Program-made: the position numbers and the translations under genes
Part shown: positions 62,780-64,000 of the stretch, one piece after another
How the letters are laid out: each line of letters starts with the position of its first letter
Numbering within the stretch: the stretch's first letter is position 1
Notes under the pieces: model-generated
Told to the model about the DNA's origin: nothing
Seen by the model: only the letters and a program-made list of their open reading frames with translations
Databases searched by the model: none
DNA from: the human T2T-CHM13v2.0 reference genome, Homo sapiens
Reading direction: 5' to 3' (one strand)
DNA length: 64,000 nt
Assembly (NCBI RefSeq): GCF_009914755.1
Contig: NC_060936.1

Positions 62780-62896
62780 GCATATACAGAAGTTGTTCCT
62801 CTGAAAAGCTGTAATGCTCTGGGACACCTGCTGGGTAATTGTCGGTTTGATCCGGGAGGTGAGTGCAGGAATCGTCATCAGTCTTTGTTTTCCACT
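62780..62896 (-). other. Candidate 117-nt internal exon of an unidentified minus-strand transcript
   Basis: tctttcag|AGTGGA...TATATGC|gtatgt; length divisible by 3, two open frames, locally raised GC/CpG. Confidence 0.35.
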
Positions 62897-63132
62897 CTGA
62901 AAGATTTACAATTTGCATGTTATTGTTTTTGTTGGCAAAGGCATACTCATAAATCTATGAAGATCATTTAAGAGGCAAATTGAGATGGCTCAAGAGAAAT
63001 GTTTTGTAAAATATAATTTGTAATTTTTTTTTTTGTAGTTTGTTTAGAGTTCAAGCCTAGAACAGTAGATTCCCAAAGCTACAGGGTCTTAAGAACTATC
63101 TGGAGATTGGAAAAGATCACTACAAATCGTAG

Positions 63133-63560
63133 TGACAGAGACAGGAGACAGCCAGGGGTCTCCAGGGAAACCCTGCCTTCAAGTCTACAACAGCCTGAAG
63201 GCTGAAAAACTGGACTGCTGGTTCTGGATGAAGCCCACCCTTTCCTGACTGATTCTCCCTGAGCAATGCCCACCTGCGCACTGGGAGGACAGGGTGGAGC
63301 TTCAGGAAGTTTGCGCTGGTTCGCAGTGGGGAGGAGCCTGGCCTCTTCAGTTCCTGGGTGGTGACCTGGAATTCAATCTGTGAGGCAGGAAACATGCTAG
63401 CGGGACTCTCTCTTGCTTTGCTGAGAGTTATTTTTCCATTATCCTTTTCACCCAGTAAATTCCATTTTCCTCACCCTTCTTTATGTCCGCAAGCCTTATC
63501 TTTCCTGGTCGTATGACAAGAGACTGGTTTTAGCCAAACTAAGGAGAAAATTCTGCAACG
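63133..63560 (+). mobile_element. ERV1 solo LTR (MER61-like)
   Basis: tgacagagacaggagacagcc...aactaaggagaaaattctgcaacg; exact TSD gtag. Confidence 0.8.
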
Positions 63561-64000
63561 GTAGCAAGAGATAGAATCTATTACTGCCACTTCTTCCAAC
63601 CCTCCAAAATGACTGTGCATTCCTACCCATTACCTTGTGATTTGCAATGCTTCCAGTGGGAGGATCATATATTCCTTCCACATTAATGGCATGTGAGCAA
63701 CACTGAACAGATTTATGAACCAAAACATACCTTTATCACCTCTCTTACTCTTTTTCCTTTACCCTGAGATCAGTGTTGTCCAAGTAGAGCTTCGGTTTCT
63801 GTCTTGGTCCCAGACTTCATGGAGCAGAGAAAAGCTGTTTCCATAGTGTCTTACCTGATTTTCTAGTCAACAGTTGCCGTTTTATACCACAAAGTTCGGA
63901 ATATTTTTATGGAACAATTAATGGCAGAATATTAATTCACTTATATGTAACACTGAGCATGTATTTTAAATTTGAAATATGTTTTGTTTCTTCTGAAAAC

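Overview
A 64-kb, AT-rich, repeat-dense primate (catarrhine, probably human/ape) intronic or intergenic region with no intact multi-exon protein-coding gene. Nearly all listed ORFs come from L1, Alu or ERV sequence or are chance. Contents: the 5' end of an L1PA (1-1474); a 13-kb nest of LTR/ERV insertions inside one ancient L2 (two MER4-type LTRs, two solo LTR7, a Harlequin/LTR2B provirus, a solo LTR17, and an abnormal HERV-H element); a MER41B LTR; a full-length old L1PA15/16-like element (+) and a full-length L1PA4-6-like element (-); and many Alu, MIR, L2, MaLR and DNA-transposon relics. Two structures stand out. (1) A HERV-H insertion built from TWO 3' ends joined head-to-head, with inverted LTR7s, both U5 ends facing outward, and a near-perfect 5-bp TSD in a continuous L2 target (5559-14635). 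(2) One AluY split by a 2267-bp foreign genomic segment (33692-35958) carrying a 36-nt exon with intact splice sites that encodes RWSNRKRLSASK, which I recognise from memory as MCTP2. The window also has several small templated insertions, an inversion and fold-back palindromes. Repeat subfamily names are from recalled consensus sequences, not from a search.
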